Assembly (NCBI GenBank): GCA_965249485.1
Contig: OZ252239.1
Span: 3,488,001 to 3,552,000 of the forward strand
DNA: 64,000 bases
Direction of reading: 5' to 3'
Origin: a bacterium
GTDB taxonomy: Bacteria; SM23-31
In this document: in pieces, positions 52,995 to 64,000 of the stretch
How positions within the stretch are numbered: position 1 is the stretch's first letter
Layout: each line of letters begins with the position of its first letter
Translations under genes and position numbers: made by a program
The notes under the pieces: model-generated
Told to the model about the DNA's origin: nothing
Seen by the model: the letters and a program-made list of their open reading frames with translations, nothing else
Database searches by the model: none

Positions 52995-53825
52995 CTATTC
53001 GTTGAGCGTCCAGTCGTAGTCAAAGTATTTTATTTTCAGTTTAAGCGTATGTATAGGGTCGAGTTTTTCTGGAATTTCCTGCAAATAAAACGTGATGAAT
53101 TCAATAAAGCCCCGTTCTTTTTTACCGTAATTCCGTACCCAACCATCCGGGTTCTGTGCAGTAAAGTCTTCCTTGTACCAGTCAAATATAGACGATACTG
53201 TCACTTCACCGCGTTGTGCATTGACCGAAACATAGACATCATTAGTTATAAAATCTCTGGTAACCGCATCAAGCTGATCGTCAAGGGTATCGGGAAAGAA
53301 TGCTCTATTCAGCAACCGGGGACATCCGATTGACGCGCAGACAATTGCAAAATGTATACGAGGATCCTGAAACTCTTTGCGAAGAATTTCGTGCTCAATA
53401 TTGTTCAGGGTCAGTTCACGCCCCATAATCTTGATATGGGCTGTGTCCCAGACTTTTTTGATCTGCCGTATCGAATTTTGAGGAAACCGCGCTCGTGCGA
53501 GTAGTCCGCCATATTGAATCGGATAATTATCGACTATTGCGTAGAGCGTTATTGCATTATATGCGTTGATCCAGAATGCTAATTTCTCATTTTCTCCCCA
53601 TGTCTCAAATTTATCTGGCTCGACATTCATGAGTAATTCCAGATAATCGAGAAGTAGTACTGAATCTTTACATTTTATAGTTTGATAATCAACGAGACCA
53701 TCATCGACATTGTTGTGCAGAAGTTCGTCAAATAATGAATGGTCGAAATCGGCCGCAGTCACGTTAACAGATGAGTACAGTAAAAGTGTAATAATGAACA
53801 GATATGTTTTTTTGGCGTTTTCCAC
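52995..53825 (-). CDS. Secreted DUF547 protein
   Basis: LAFWINAYNA, LNNIEHEILR, DPRIHFAIVCASIGCP, IFDWY..DF, YDWTLN. Confidence 0.92.
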   Translation of the reverse strand: MENAKKTYLFIITLLLYSSVNVTAADFDHSLFDELLHNNVDDGLVDYQTIKCKDSVLLLDYLELLMNVEPDKFETWGENEKLAFWINAYNAITLYAIVDNYPIQYGGLLARARFPQNSIRQIKKVWDTAHIKIMGRELTLNNIEHEILRKEFQDPRIHFAIVCASIGCPRLLNRAFFPDTLDDQLDAVTRDFITNDVYVSVNAQRGEVTVSSIFDWYKEDFTAQNPDGWVRNYGKKERGFIEFITFYLQEIPEKLDPIHTLKLKIKYFDYDWTLNE

Positions 53826-53835
53826 AACAAAACCT

Positions 53836-54543
53836 TTACTTGCTGTAATAAATTTTTTGGAGAATATTGGGAGAACATCCCAATTTATAGGCAGTTTTTA
53901 TTACATGATTTCTAATAAATGTTCTTATCGGACCTTTGATGAGCAGTCGCCTGTCGGATGAATAGATGATTTCTTTAACAATGACTGTCTTCCCTTGTTT
54001 TTTAAGCCGGTTATTGAATTCAACATCTTCAAGAAAAGGGATATTGGCAAATCCGCCCAATTTATTGAACACTTTTGCCCTGACAAATACTCCCATATCA
54101 CCGAAGAGGTTTCTTCGGATCTGGTTTTTAATATGAGCGCAAATAGTTACCAATCCGTAATACCACTTTTCACCCAGCAATCCCCAACGAAATCCACCGC
54201 CTACAATAGAATCATCTTTCAGAGTGTCCCGGATCAATTGTTCTGCATTGTGTGGAGGGATGCAATCCGCATGCAGAAACCACAAAATGGAACCGGAAGC
54301 TGCTGCTGCCCCGGCATTCATTTGCAATGCTCTTCCACGGGGCGCCTGTATGAGATTTATTGTGTCCTTTATTCGTTCCACCGTACTATCAGTACTGCCG
54401 CCATCCACAACAATAATTTCAACATTTTCCATCATTTGTTGTAAATCATTAATAAGATTTACAATTATGTCGGCTTCATTCAGCGTTGGAATCACAATCG
54501 ATATTAGATCATCTATTATTGTCTTCTCTTCAATGCTGCTCAT
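53836..54543 (-). CDS. TIGR04283-type GT2 glycosyltransferase
   Basis: SIVIPTLNE, VDGGSTD, GRA.QMNAGA, FLHAD, FGD.G.FV, ED, SS.RR. Confidence 0.88.
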   Translation of the reverse strand: MSSIEEKTIIDDLISIVIPTLNEADIIVNLINDLQQMMENVEIIVVDGGSTDSTVERIKDTINLIQAPRGRALQMNAGAAAASGSILWFLHADCIPPHNAEQLIRDTLKDDSIVGGGFRWGLLGEKWYYGLVTICAHIKNQIRRNLFGDMGVFVRAKVFNKLGGFANIPFLEDVEFNNRLKKQGKTVIVKEIIYSSDRRLLIKGPIRTFIRNHVIKTAYKLGCSPNILQKIYYSK

Positions 54544-54672
54544 ATAACATTGCGCAACGGATGCAAGTTCCTCTTTTTAACTTTGAATAAATTATCTTGT
54601 TGGAAACAAATATTGTGGTAGTTTAGGAAAGTTTTCTGTCGCAGTGTACGTCAAATTGAGGGTAAAATCAAC

Positions 54673-55710
54673 TTAATTTTTTTTATTTTCAAGTTCTTCG
54701 GTCAGGAGAGAAAGTTTAATGAGGAGGTTTTCCAGACGTTCGAAATATTCCTGCTCCGACATGTCTTGTTTTGCGCTTTTCAGTTCAGAAATGTCGAATT
54801 CAATCTGCTCCTGTTGTTCCATTAGTTCCAACAGTTCGCTATCGAATTTCTCAGATACTGTATTGGAAAGAACATCGCGCCTCCGTTTCAAATATGTTGC
54901 CGACGCCAAATTTCCTTCTGCATTGCTTTCGAACTCAGCATAACGGAATGAACGGCGATCTCCGGTATCCTCAAGTTGGGGGTGTTCTGTGGCAAGATGG
55001 TTATTATCTTCAAAAAACCGAACTGTTTTTTCGGATGCAAACTTAAATACTTCCAGTACCGAGAGGTCTCCGTTTTTGTCGACGTCAGAAGCAGGCGACA
55101 CGAGTGCCTCGACAAAAAATTCCGGAAAATACGGTTTCGGTTTTCTGTGTGCCGCTTTTTGTTGCGGTTATAATAATCTGGTTTTTCCACTGAGTGCCTG
55201 TATAAAAGGAAAACTCGCCTGTGTCGTATTGATGAACACGATACGATCTGCTGCTAATTCGTCAATAAGTCCCGCAAAATCCGCATCTGTCAGATCTCTT
55301 CCGGGAATATTGAATTTTCCGCTTTTCCCATCGAAACTCCCATGACCGAAAAGAATAACAAAAACCACCGCATCCGGGGAAATGTTTTCAGCAAGCAGAG
55401 TGAATTCTTCACGAATAAATTCTGCACGGGACGTACCGATGAATTGCAGATCAGTTTCTGTGACAGATTCCGCTAACACTAAAACATGCAATTCGGAAAA
55501 TCCAAAACTCTCAATAAGTGCTCTCCGGGTGTCAATAAGGTATTTTTTATACTTTGCAGCGTATTCCTCACTCCATCCCGAACCGCCAATCAGAATGGCA
55601 TATCTATCGGATGCTTTTTGCGCAAAACACGTACTCACCATTAGCATCGATACCATCACAATACTTGTATAAAGCTTGTTGAAACATTTTATTCGGAATT
55701 GCCATATCAT
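54673..55710 (-). pseudogene. Secreted caspase/legumain-fold-like protein with coiled-coil tail, broken by compensating frameshifts (~55180 and ~55130)
   Basis: LFGHGS with no catalytic Cys (FINTT). The two ORFs share a frame, and the ~20 intervening codons read IIITATKSGTQKTET in another frame. Confidence 0.65.
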
Positions 55711-55721
55711 TATTAATGCAC

Positions 55722-58038
55722 CTACGGTAAACCTTTTCGTCTTCTGTAAAACCACTCAAATGCCAATATAATAATTGCCAGAAAAAAAAGGAGCGGCATA
55801 TCCCAAATATATTCGGTTTTGAAAACAGACGTGCTCGTTTTTCTGACAATCAGGTTGCCGGGAATTTGTGTGAAATCAGACGGTTCATAGTAGACACCGT
55901 CGTTTGCTTCCACAAGATTTCGGAGAAACTGTTTCTTTAACGTTGCATTGAAAAATTCTAATTTCGAATCTCTGCTGAGAAAACTTATCGACTGTTTACC
56001 GAGCTGAGAATCATTTTTTTTGGCAGAAACGTGTACCTCGTATACACCAGGATCCTCAGGTATATATGATGCGCTGTAATCACCTGCAGATGAGAGATCG
56101 GGATGAAAGGTAACCGAATGGACTGTACCGAACGGAACGGTAACGGTTCCTTCAATATCGGCAAATTCAACCGCATCGAACTCGTCATTAAATACATTGA
56201 CTCTGATCGTCAGATCATCATTTGGCGCAGAGACATTGTTATCGAGACTGACATTAACACGATTCGGAGTCAGTAGATACCAACCATCGTACCAACTGGC
56301 GCCAGAACCGCTCATGGGACAGGTCATCGGCATCGCGCTGCAACTGCCATCGCCATGTGCTCGCTGTTGCTAATGCCGCCGTCTGCCCTTTTCCATACCG
56401 TTGAATTACCAGCAGAGGCTCGGTTGATTCACCATCTTTCTTTTTTTCTGCGAGCGTAACTGCTCCTGGTTTGACCCCTCCGTAAAGATTTATGTGGGTA
56501 AGTTTATTCATTTCATTCCAAAGTGCCCTATTGTTACCGATATCCTGTACAAGTTTCAAAATCGGATGGTCATAACCGGATCTTGTCGGCACAAAATTGA
56601 ATCCTGCATACTCATCAGTTTCACCCGTTCCGGAATAATCCGGCATAATAATCTGTTTCCGGGAAGGATCGAGAACAACAGGGAGGATATTTGCGATAGG
56701 CGTATTCGAGTAGTCACCTTCAGAAAATGAATTTTTGGCACCCAGCATTAAAAATCCACCACCACGGTCTCTGACAAATCGTTCAACCATTTCGAGCTGA
56801 TCAATCGTAAAATATGAAGCCTCGATATCGCCGAAAATAAGCGCTTTGTATTGGAATAATTCCTCCTGACTGACCGGAAAACCGCCCTGCAGTTCATTTG
56901 CATGCTTAATTCCCTGGCGGAAATATTTATCTCCACCGGTACGGGTAAGTGACGTGAATTCAAACACCTGATCATTTTCAAGAGCCCGTTTGATAAACTT
57001 GAAATCGCTCCTCAAATGCCCTTCAAAATAAAGGACCCGTACCGAATCATTTCTAGTATCGAGGAGGATACTCTGTGTGTTGTTGTCGATATTGACTTCA
57101 TTGGGTGTCTCTTCGATTTTAAGCACATATTCTTCGGCCTGATCAGCTTCCGGCTCAAAGAAAAACGTTACCTGATCTGTGTTACCGTTACCCTGAAGAC
57201 GCACAGTCTCCGAATGTACAACCTCTTCTCCATTGTAAATATTTAAAGCGGCAAAACTCTGCTCGTCACTCCAGCTTCGGAGCCGTGCCCAGACTTCTGC
57301 ACCGGAGCCTTCACGCAGGCCTTTACTGTACGAGACCTCGAGAAGTTCTCTATCTTGTCCAAATGTTTCGCCTCCGACGCCGACAATATGGAGCGGAATA
57401 GAATATCCTCCAAGCTCTTCGGCCATACTTTGAGGATCTTCTGAACTATTATCTGAACCGTCGGTAAACAGTACTACACCGGCGAGAGGTAATCCCCTGA
57501 AGTCGCTAATTACCCTCTGCATTGCCTGGGCGATATTGGTTTCAGTACCGTTGAAAGTAAGGTACGACAAACTGTCGATGCGGGAAACATCGCTGTCAAA
57601 TGCGTAATAGCGGACTTTAAAATTCTCTTCAAGTTCGGAATGAATTCCGTTTGTTTCATTATTCAAAATGAAGTCCACATCATCGGCACGCAATTTATCG
57701 GATAATGAACCGTCTGGAAGATTCATACTTGAAGAATTATCAACCAGAACTGCAAGAAAATTTTCATTCGGAATGATGTCGGGAATAACTAATGCCGGTT
57801 CCAAAAGGGGGAGACACAATAGAATAAGCCCTATAGTTTTCAAGGTAAAAGATATGGCTTTTGCACGGGATGATGTGTAGAGATTTGTCAGGTAATAGAC
57901 AATTACAACGCCAATGATGAGTACCAGCATTAGTCCTGCATACTGATAGAATGCACTGCCGGAATCGAACACAAAATCGCTCTCGGTATACTGCTCGGGA
58001 CTAAATTTCAACAGTTTTTCCAGAAATGATTTTTCCAT
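55722..58038 (-). pseudogene. Membrane vWA + GATase1-like protein, frameshifted near 56272
   Basis: MIDAS LVDNSSSM and FTDG; FV..RGGGFLMLG; TWRW; FWRQLVRWL; C-terminal IWDMP...EW..RRRKGL. Confidence 0.8.
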
Positions 58039-58070
58039 TAGGTATTCTGCCTGTCCGCACTCAAAAAGTG

Positions 58071-61000
58071 TTACTTATTTCTATGTGATTTGGAAAGTGT
58101 TTCAAAATACCGCTCAACTGCCTTCCGGTACTCAGAGGGAACTTCAGCCGCACGTGCCTCATACAATTTTTGTTCAAGCTCAAGCTCGTTAAGTTTTTGT
58201 ATCAGTTTCATTTCCAACTGAGACATCGATTCCAGGACTGTCTCTTTGAAGAATTCCGCACTCGCTTCATCAAGCAGCACGCCGGTATTGTAATGTCTGC
58301 CATAATTGCTATTCAGATTATCCAGGTCCCGACTGAATTCTCCATCATTACCGAAATCACGCTGCAATCTGTCAAGCAGCTCACCCGTGCGCTCCATTTC
58401 CCTGCTCATCCTGGCCTCATTTGCTCTGCTCTGCTGTTCCGCATCTCCCGACCCACCACCCCACGAGAAAGCTGCTGCGTGTCCTGCCGTTCATTATCAA
58501 TACGCTGTGCGCCGCTCCCGGTTTGTGTATCTGTAATCTGTTCCTGATCCTGCTCCATCACATCTGCAAACCGCTGCAGTTGGTTACGAATGTCCTGTAC
58601 ATTTTTGGTTAGTTTTTCGGAATCTGTCAATGGTATTTCACTTTCTAAGTTTTTCGCATCGGCCTCAAGCCGCTCAATCCCGAGCTGAATTTCAGATTCT
58701 CCCCATTGTGCCCATTGAAGCGCACCCGCATCGATTGCCAGCCGGGAATCCTCCATTTTTTCCCGTAGTTCTTCCCGTTGAAGCGTTCTTGTAAAATTAC
58801 GCATATCAGTTGCAATTTTCGGATTTTCATTCTGTGCACGCTCTTCAACAGCACGTGCCAGATTTTCAAGCCGCTCGGTATTGTCAATCATACTATCCCG
58901 TTTTTGCTTCAATCGTTCAATATCCTCACGCGCAGACCTGCTATCTCCAGTCTGCTGCATATCCCGGTATGTTTGTTCAAGGTCACGTGCCAACTGGTCT
59001 TCCTGCTCTTTAAATTGTTCAAACCTTTCCTTGAAATTTTCAAGCGTTGTACGCATATTATCCGCCTGAGATGTTTGCAGGTCCTGTTGGAGCTGGTCAA
59101 GATTATTTGCCGCTTCACGCTGCTGTGTCATCGCTCTCTGCATATTGTTGTTCCGCATTTCCTGCGAAGCTCGGCGCATATTTTCTTCTGCCTGGTCTAT
59201 CCGGTCCTGCATCTGCCTGCTGATCTGCTGATTTGACCGTGCCGATCTACCCATTTCTCGCGAAAGTTCGTTTGCCTCCTGCTGCAATTGTTCCTGCTCA
59301 CGCCTCAATTGTTCAACAAGACGCTCATTCTGCTCATCCTGCTGTGCTTTCCGCATCTGTTCGGCAAGCTTTTGCTGTCTCCGCGCGAGGTCTTTTATCT
59401 TTTCAAGCGTTTCATCCACTTCTTGTTTCTGCTGATTTTCCTGCCGCTGCTGCTGAAGTTCATATTTGTCCTTCGATAAATTCAATTCAAGGTCCTGCAG
59501 TTCCGTCATTACATCCTGCGTCATACTCTGGCCGGTCTGTCCACCGCGCTGCTGCCTGTTCATCTGCACCCGTTTCTCACGGTTCAGCGCGTCCGCACGC
59601 AAAAGACTGTTGAGCGCCTTCTGCTCCGGGCTAAGCGCTGCTCTGAGTTCATCGGAGTTCAGTTCGTCAACGGCAGTTTGCATGTAACCGACTGCAGCTC
59701 TCAAATATTTGAGAATATCCTGATTTATTTCTTCCTCTATAATTTCCATTGAAAACGCTGTTGAATTGATTCGTTATTCAATGTTAGTTTTCAGGTTGTC
59801 TTGCGCTTGAACGAGTGCTTCACGTGATTCTTCGAATTCCACTATATCGATATCATCACGTAATTTAAGCAGTTTCCATGTTGCCGCAATTAACTGCTGT
59901 TGGTTGAGGACAATCTGACTTTGTTGACCACCCCCTGCGGCACCCTGCATTCCCTGATTGGCAACCTGAGTGAATTCCTGTTCAAAGGGGCTGATTTCTA
60001 TAAAATACATGTCGGACATTTCCGGAGTATTGCCGGGATAATAGTCGTCTGCTTCAATGTAATACGCGATGAAATCACCCGGCTGAAGTTCGAAATCTTC
60101 AAGAAACAACAGGTGCGAACCGACAATATTTCGATCACGCTGTGCTTCGCCGCTGTTGAGAGTAACCGATTCTTCATCCTCCCCATTGATAGAATAATTC
60201 AAGTTAACCTCGGAGACTCCATAATCATCTGTCACTTTCGTTGATATAAGTATTTCTTCAATAGGGCTTGCCTTTATATCGCGCTGCGGTTCGAGGATAG
60301 TGATAAACGGTTTTTCATCATCGACCGGTATAATCCGATATTCTTCAGGAAATTTGTTATTTTTATCAAGATGATCAGTTAAAAGAAAATGGTACAAAGC
60401 AGGTTTTTCGAGCTGAAATTGTGTTCTGAATTTTCCGTTTCCGAGTGAATTCATCGAAATTTCTGTCACATCATCGAGGACTATTGAACTTGTCTCAACT
60501 GCTCCTGATGTTTCAATGGTCATCGTTACAGTCGAGCCTTTGAGGCCACTGATTGTTCCTGTATTTTTCTCAATCCTGTCGGGTAGACCGGTGTAGGACG
60601 GATAATCATATGCTGTTTGAATTCCCGAGACTTTAGGAAATTCATAGAGCGTTATAGCAAATACCGGGGATCGCTCCTGATTAATCTCTACAAAATATTC
60701 GAGAGGTTCCTGAACATTAAGAAATTGATACAGATAGAGTGGATCATCCAATCCTTTCTCCATAACCTGTTTTTTCCATATGTCGGCCTCTGACCGATAA
60801 TGGAGAACAACATCATTATTTGTATTTTCATTAAGCTCCACAACAATAGTCTGACTTTGCCCCTTTTCAATTTCGATATCACCGGGGGTGATTGATCCGA
60901 AAAGTTCTCTCTGAAACTCGGTGAATCCGGTGAGAGAAAAATCTATTTCAGATGTCATTTGCCTGAAGTCGTCAAGAAAAGTGTAAAAAACAAAGAAAGT

Positions 61001-61480
61001 TATCGCAAGAAGTACGTACGATGAATATGATAAAATCTGCTCTTTTTTCCGGTCGATAACGGTGGGTAAATCAATCAGCTTCGCTTTATCTGCCGCGTCG
61101 TTTACCAGTTTATTGATTAGCTCATTATCTCCACCTTTTTCAATTTTAGAGCCAATCTCAATTGCGCTTATCAACCGGTCTTCGAGATCGGGTATCTGTT
61201 CTTCGATGTAGAGGGCAATCTGATCATCTGAAAGTTTTCTCATTGCCGGTTTGATAACGAAATGGACAAAAACAACAAGAACAGCGAACACTGCGAAGGC
61301 TATCCCGATATATTGATAAAATGGCAGCAGAGAAAATTGAAAACTAACGATTGCATAGAGTGCCGTGACAAATATCCCGGTAAAGATCGTTAACGCAAAT
61401 CCCTGCATCAATGCCCGTCTTTTCCAGCGGGATTTTATCTCCAGGATAATCCTTTTAATAATTTGAGTAGATGTTTGCAT
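58071..61480 (-). pseudogene. Large DUF4175-like TM/Ig/coiled-coil protein with in-frame TAA at 59774 and a probable frameshift near 58460
   Basis: L.DRL.SA.E, YPSYTGL, DDYG, Q-rich coiled coil, terminal VPSEYRKAVERYF. NIE*RINSTAFSMEII reads through in frame. Confidence 0.78.
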
Positions 61481-61518
61481 AATATGTTCCGCCTAAACCG
61501 CTCAATCTATTTCACGAC

Positions 61519-63579
61519 CTAAGGTTTGGTCGACATGTTTTTATTTGCAAATATTGTTTCAAACACTAATAGTACCAGGACAAAAAGAATACCGTAACGC
61601 CACATTTTCTGTTCCTTTTCTTCATCCTGTACTGATATTGCAGCAGTCATCAATTCTTCGCTGTTGTCAGTATCTGATTGATATGCTACATCAGCATAAA
61701 CTTCTTCCACATCTCTGCCTGCAAGCTGCGATTCTAGGACATTCAGATTGACAGAAAAGGCAAACTGCTTTTCACGGCTGTTTTTTGTGACAGCAGTATA
61801 GTTCCCCGGCATCTCGGTTTCCCGGAAGTATCCACGACCCGCTTCATCAAGCGTCACAGGAAATAATCGGTCACCCGGTGCAGTCAGCTCCCACTCTTCT
61901 CTGGGACTCCCTTCTAACGGTACCGGTTCACCGGCAAAATAACTATTTCTGCTTTCACGTGTGTTGAGTCCGTATTTCCCAATCTGATAGATGAAAGGAA
62001 CGTATATCTCGGTCAGTGGCAAATCGTTCCAACTTTTGTCAAAAGTCGACGTAAAAGCCAGAAACTTTCCGTTTCCATGCGCGCGCTCAATGAGAAGCGG
62101 ATCTCCTGTATTGAACGATGCGATTACCGATGATCCGGATGCAGGCAGCATCTTGACGTACTGCATAAACCTCGGACGAAACAAATCACCTGCACCTGTT
62201 TGGGTGAAAAGCGAAAATACCGGATGATTGTTTTCGTATTCTCCGATAATGATTAAATCTCTCAAAGCAGTTGGCCGGACAGTCTCTACCGCTGTGCCCA
62301 ATCCAAATTCACTTAAATAATTTGTTACGATTCCTGGCTGAGCACGTTCACCGAATGACACTATGACCGTTCCACCATTTTCAACAAAACCTTTCAGAAC
62401 ATTGATTTGTCTCTGAGTAAGGTGGTCAATATTCGCTACAAATACAATATCGTGCTGTGCGAGCCGTGCAGAAGTAATTGTATTTTTTGTGCCGGCAGTG
62501 AAACTGAACAGTGCATTTTCGCCGAGATCAAACGCTGTTTCCAGATAAAATGCAGTTGTAAACTGCCCGGATGCTGTACCGTCAATACATAAAATAGACG
62601 GCGGAGCATCAATGGAAAAACTGACAAAATATCGATTATCACCCATCAGGTTATCTTCAGGCAACTCAAAATATCCCTGATAATCACCGCGTCCCAGATT
62701 GTACTGTTGAAAAACTACGACATTGGATTGAAGAGGATTGACTGTTTTACTATCAATTTGCCTGTCGTTTAACCACAATGCAACCGGGATGCTGGTGATC
62801 GGCATTCCTTCCTGATCCGCAATACCGACTTTAAATTCGGAATTACTAAGCTCACCAGACCGGATTTGATTGTGAACAATCTGTTCGAAAAATGCATTTT
62901 GAACTGCATCCTCACCAATTTTGACCGGAATAAATGAAATTGAATACTCGGAATCCCAATTATCGAATTGCGATGACCATGCGTTAATCTGCATATCGGA
63001 AATCAGAACAATTTCCCGTTTTTGATGAGCAGCATCCTGTAGTATTTCTTCCGCTCGGATTATCGGATAATAAAAATCGGTTGTCCTGTTACCTGCTTCC
63101 AGAACATTATCAAGATAGTCATGAATAATGGTCCTGTCAGTTGTGAGTTCTGTTATCTGCTGTACTTCTTCGGCGAATACTACCAACGCAAATTCGTCGT
63201 CCGGTTCTGCCGAATCGATCATGTCGACCGCTTCATTTTTTGCTTGTTCAAGATAGTCACTGTACAGCATCGAGTATGAATTATCGATCAGGATAACAAC
63301 CGACTTATTCTCAACCTGGGAAACAAATGGGATTTTTTCACTCGGCAGGAACGGGCGTGCAAACGCAACTGCAAACATTCCGAGAATCAAAGATCTGACC
63401 ATCAAAAGAATCAGATCCCGTAACCACCTTTTTTTTATGAGCTCTTTTGGTGCAGCTTTCAAAAACATGAGAGAGCTGAACTGCACTTTTTTCGCTCGCA
63501 TTTTCCGAATCAGATGGAAAATAAGCGGCAGCACCGCTGCACTTATCCCGACAAGAAATAGTGGCTTTATGAATGACAC
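61519..63579 (-). CDS. BatA-domain + vWA protein
   Basis: (M)SF..P.FL...P..FHLI...V.FSSL.FL, FARP, IDNSYSM MIDAS, C-terminal TM. Start GTG 63579. Confidence 0.87.
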   Translation of the reverse strand: MSFIKPLFLVGISAAVLPLIFHLIRKMRAKKVQFSSLMFLKAAPKELIKKRWLRDLILLMVRSLILGMFAVAFARPFLPSEKIPFVSQVENKSVVILIDNSYSMLYSDYLEQAKNEAVDMIDSAEPDDEFALVVFAEEVQQITELTTDRTIIHDYLDNVLEAGNRTTDFYYPIIRAEEILQDAAHQKREIVLISDMQINAWSSQFDNWDSEYSISFIPVKIGEDAVQNAFFEQIVHNQIRSGELSNSEFKVGIADQEGMPITSIPVALWLNDRQIDSKTVNPLQSNVVVFQQYNLGRGDYQGYFELPEDNLMGDNRYFVSFSIDAPPSILCIDGTASGQFTTAFYLETAFDLGENALFSFTAGTKNTITSARLAQHDIVFVANIDHLTQRQINVLKGFVENGGTVIVSFGERAQPGIVTNYLSEFGLGTAVETVRPTALRDLIIIGEYENNHPVFSLFTQTGAGDLFRPRFMQYVKMLPASGSSVIASFNTGDPLLIERAHGNGKFLAFTSTFDKSWNDLPLTEIYVPFIYQIGKYGLNTRESRNSYFAGEPVPLEGSPREEWELTAPGDRLFPVTLDEAGRGYFRETEMPGNYTAVTKNSREKQFAFSVNLNVLESQLAGRDVEEVYADVAYQSDTDNSEELMTAAISVQDEEKEQKMWRYGILFVLVLLVFETIFANKNMSTKP

Positions 63580-63651
63580 CTGACGTACCTTATATTGGAA
63601 GTGTTGTATTTGATAAAATGTATTCACTTTCCTATTTATTGATAGACAGTT

Positions 63652-63999
63652 TTACAGAGACTTAGAACGCCCTGCAAGATATTGAAATAGTGCAAAATCA
63701 AGCGGTTTATCGGTCAAAAGCTGGTTATAATCGATGCCGAGCAGACCACAGTGTTTTTTCAGAGTTGTTTGAAACTCAACGAAATTCGATTCATATATTT
63801 TTTTAGCAGCTTCCGGAATAACCAGTATTTTCTCACCTGTCTCCATATCTTCAAGCTCTACTAAATCGGTAAACTGGAGAGCGACTTCGAACGGATCGAG
63901 GACATGAAACAAAATCACTTCGTTTCCATTGAAATGAAAATGCTTCAGGCCGTCGACTATCTGTTCAGGGTCATCGAGAAGATCGGAAATTATGACAAC
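63652..63999 (-). CDS. DUF58 protein, C-terminal part (runs off the window)
   Basis: VVIISDLLDD...HF...NEVILFHVLDP.E...DMETGE. Confidence 0.88.
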   Translation of the reverse strand, partial: VVIISDLLDDPEQIVDGLKHFHFNGNEVILFHVLDPFEVALQFTDLVELEDMETGEKILVIPEAAKKIYESNFVEFQTTLKKHCGLLGIDYNQLLTDKPLDFALFQYLAGRSKSL

Positions 64000-64000
64000 G

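Noticed and set aside
6956..59776. TAA reassignment or readthrough suggested by three in-frame TAA codons
   Set aside because: Many intact genes end in TAA, the implied residues differ (Glu, probably Leu, Glu/Gln), and frameshifts are just as common.
1..64000. tRNA, rRNA, CRISPR arrays and the many antisense or nested ORFs in the track
   Set aside because: No cloverleaf or repeat-spacer periodicity seen by eye; the nested ORFs overlap well-supported genes and lack motifs.

Overview
AT-rich bacterial chromosomal DNA. The short SigA-type sigma factor, DUF6588 protein, TIGR04282/04283 cluster and BatA/DUF58/vWA operon suggest an FCB-group organism (inference, not a taxonomic assignment). All family calls are by motif recognition; no searches were run. 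The first ~19 kb is an accessory region in decay. It holds an IS21 istB remnant, a ~320-bp internally deleted IS3 element, a degenerate attC-like hairpin after mscS, and three intact plus one shattered secreted M24-like peptidase. It also has two paralogous secreted cadherin-like/EExxH zincin-like proteins, an interrupted KirBac channel, a frameshifted Mrr-like nuclease, and a cold-shock gene with a structured leader. Next come an octaheme Hao-family cytochrome c with reductive-type (Met/Trp) residues plus a four-His membrane partner, and a tandem array of four TolB-like propeller lipoproteins. Housekeeping genes include msrA, aroF, pheA, a sirtuin, pyk, tag and a pabB-pabC fusion, alongside an ALS-like/ALDH pair. 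The window ends with a TIGR04283-DUF547-TIGR04282-TVP38-flavoprotein cluster and the distal part of a DUF58-BatA/vWA operon. About eight genes, including pyk, carry in-frame stops or frameshifts, so an error-prone assembly or real pseudogenisation must be kept in mind. I saw no rRNA, tRNA, CRISPR array, reverse transcriptase or intact transposase.
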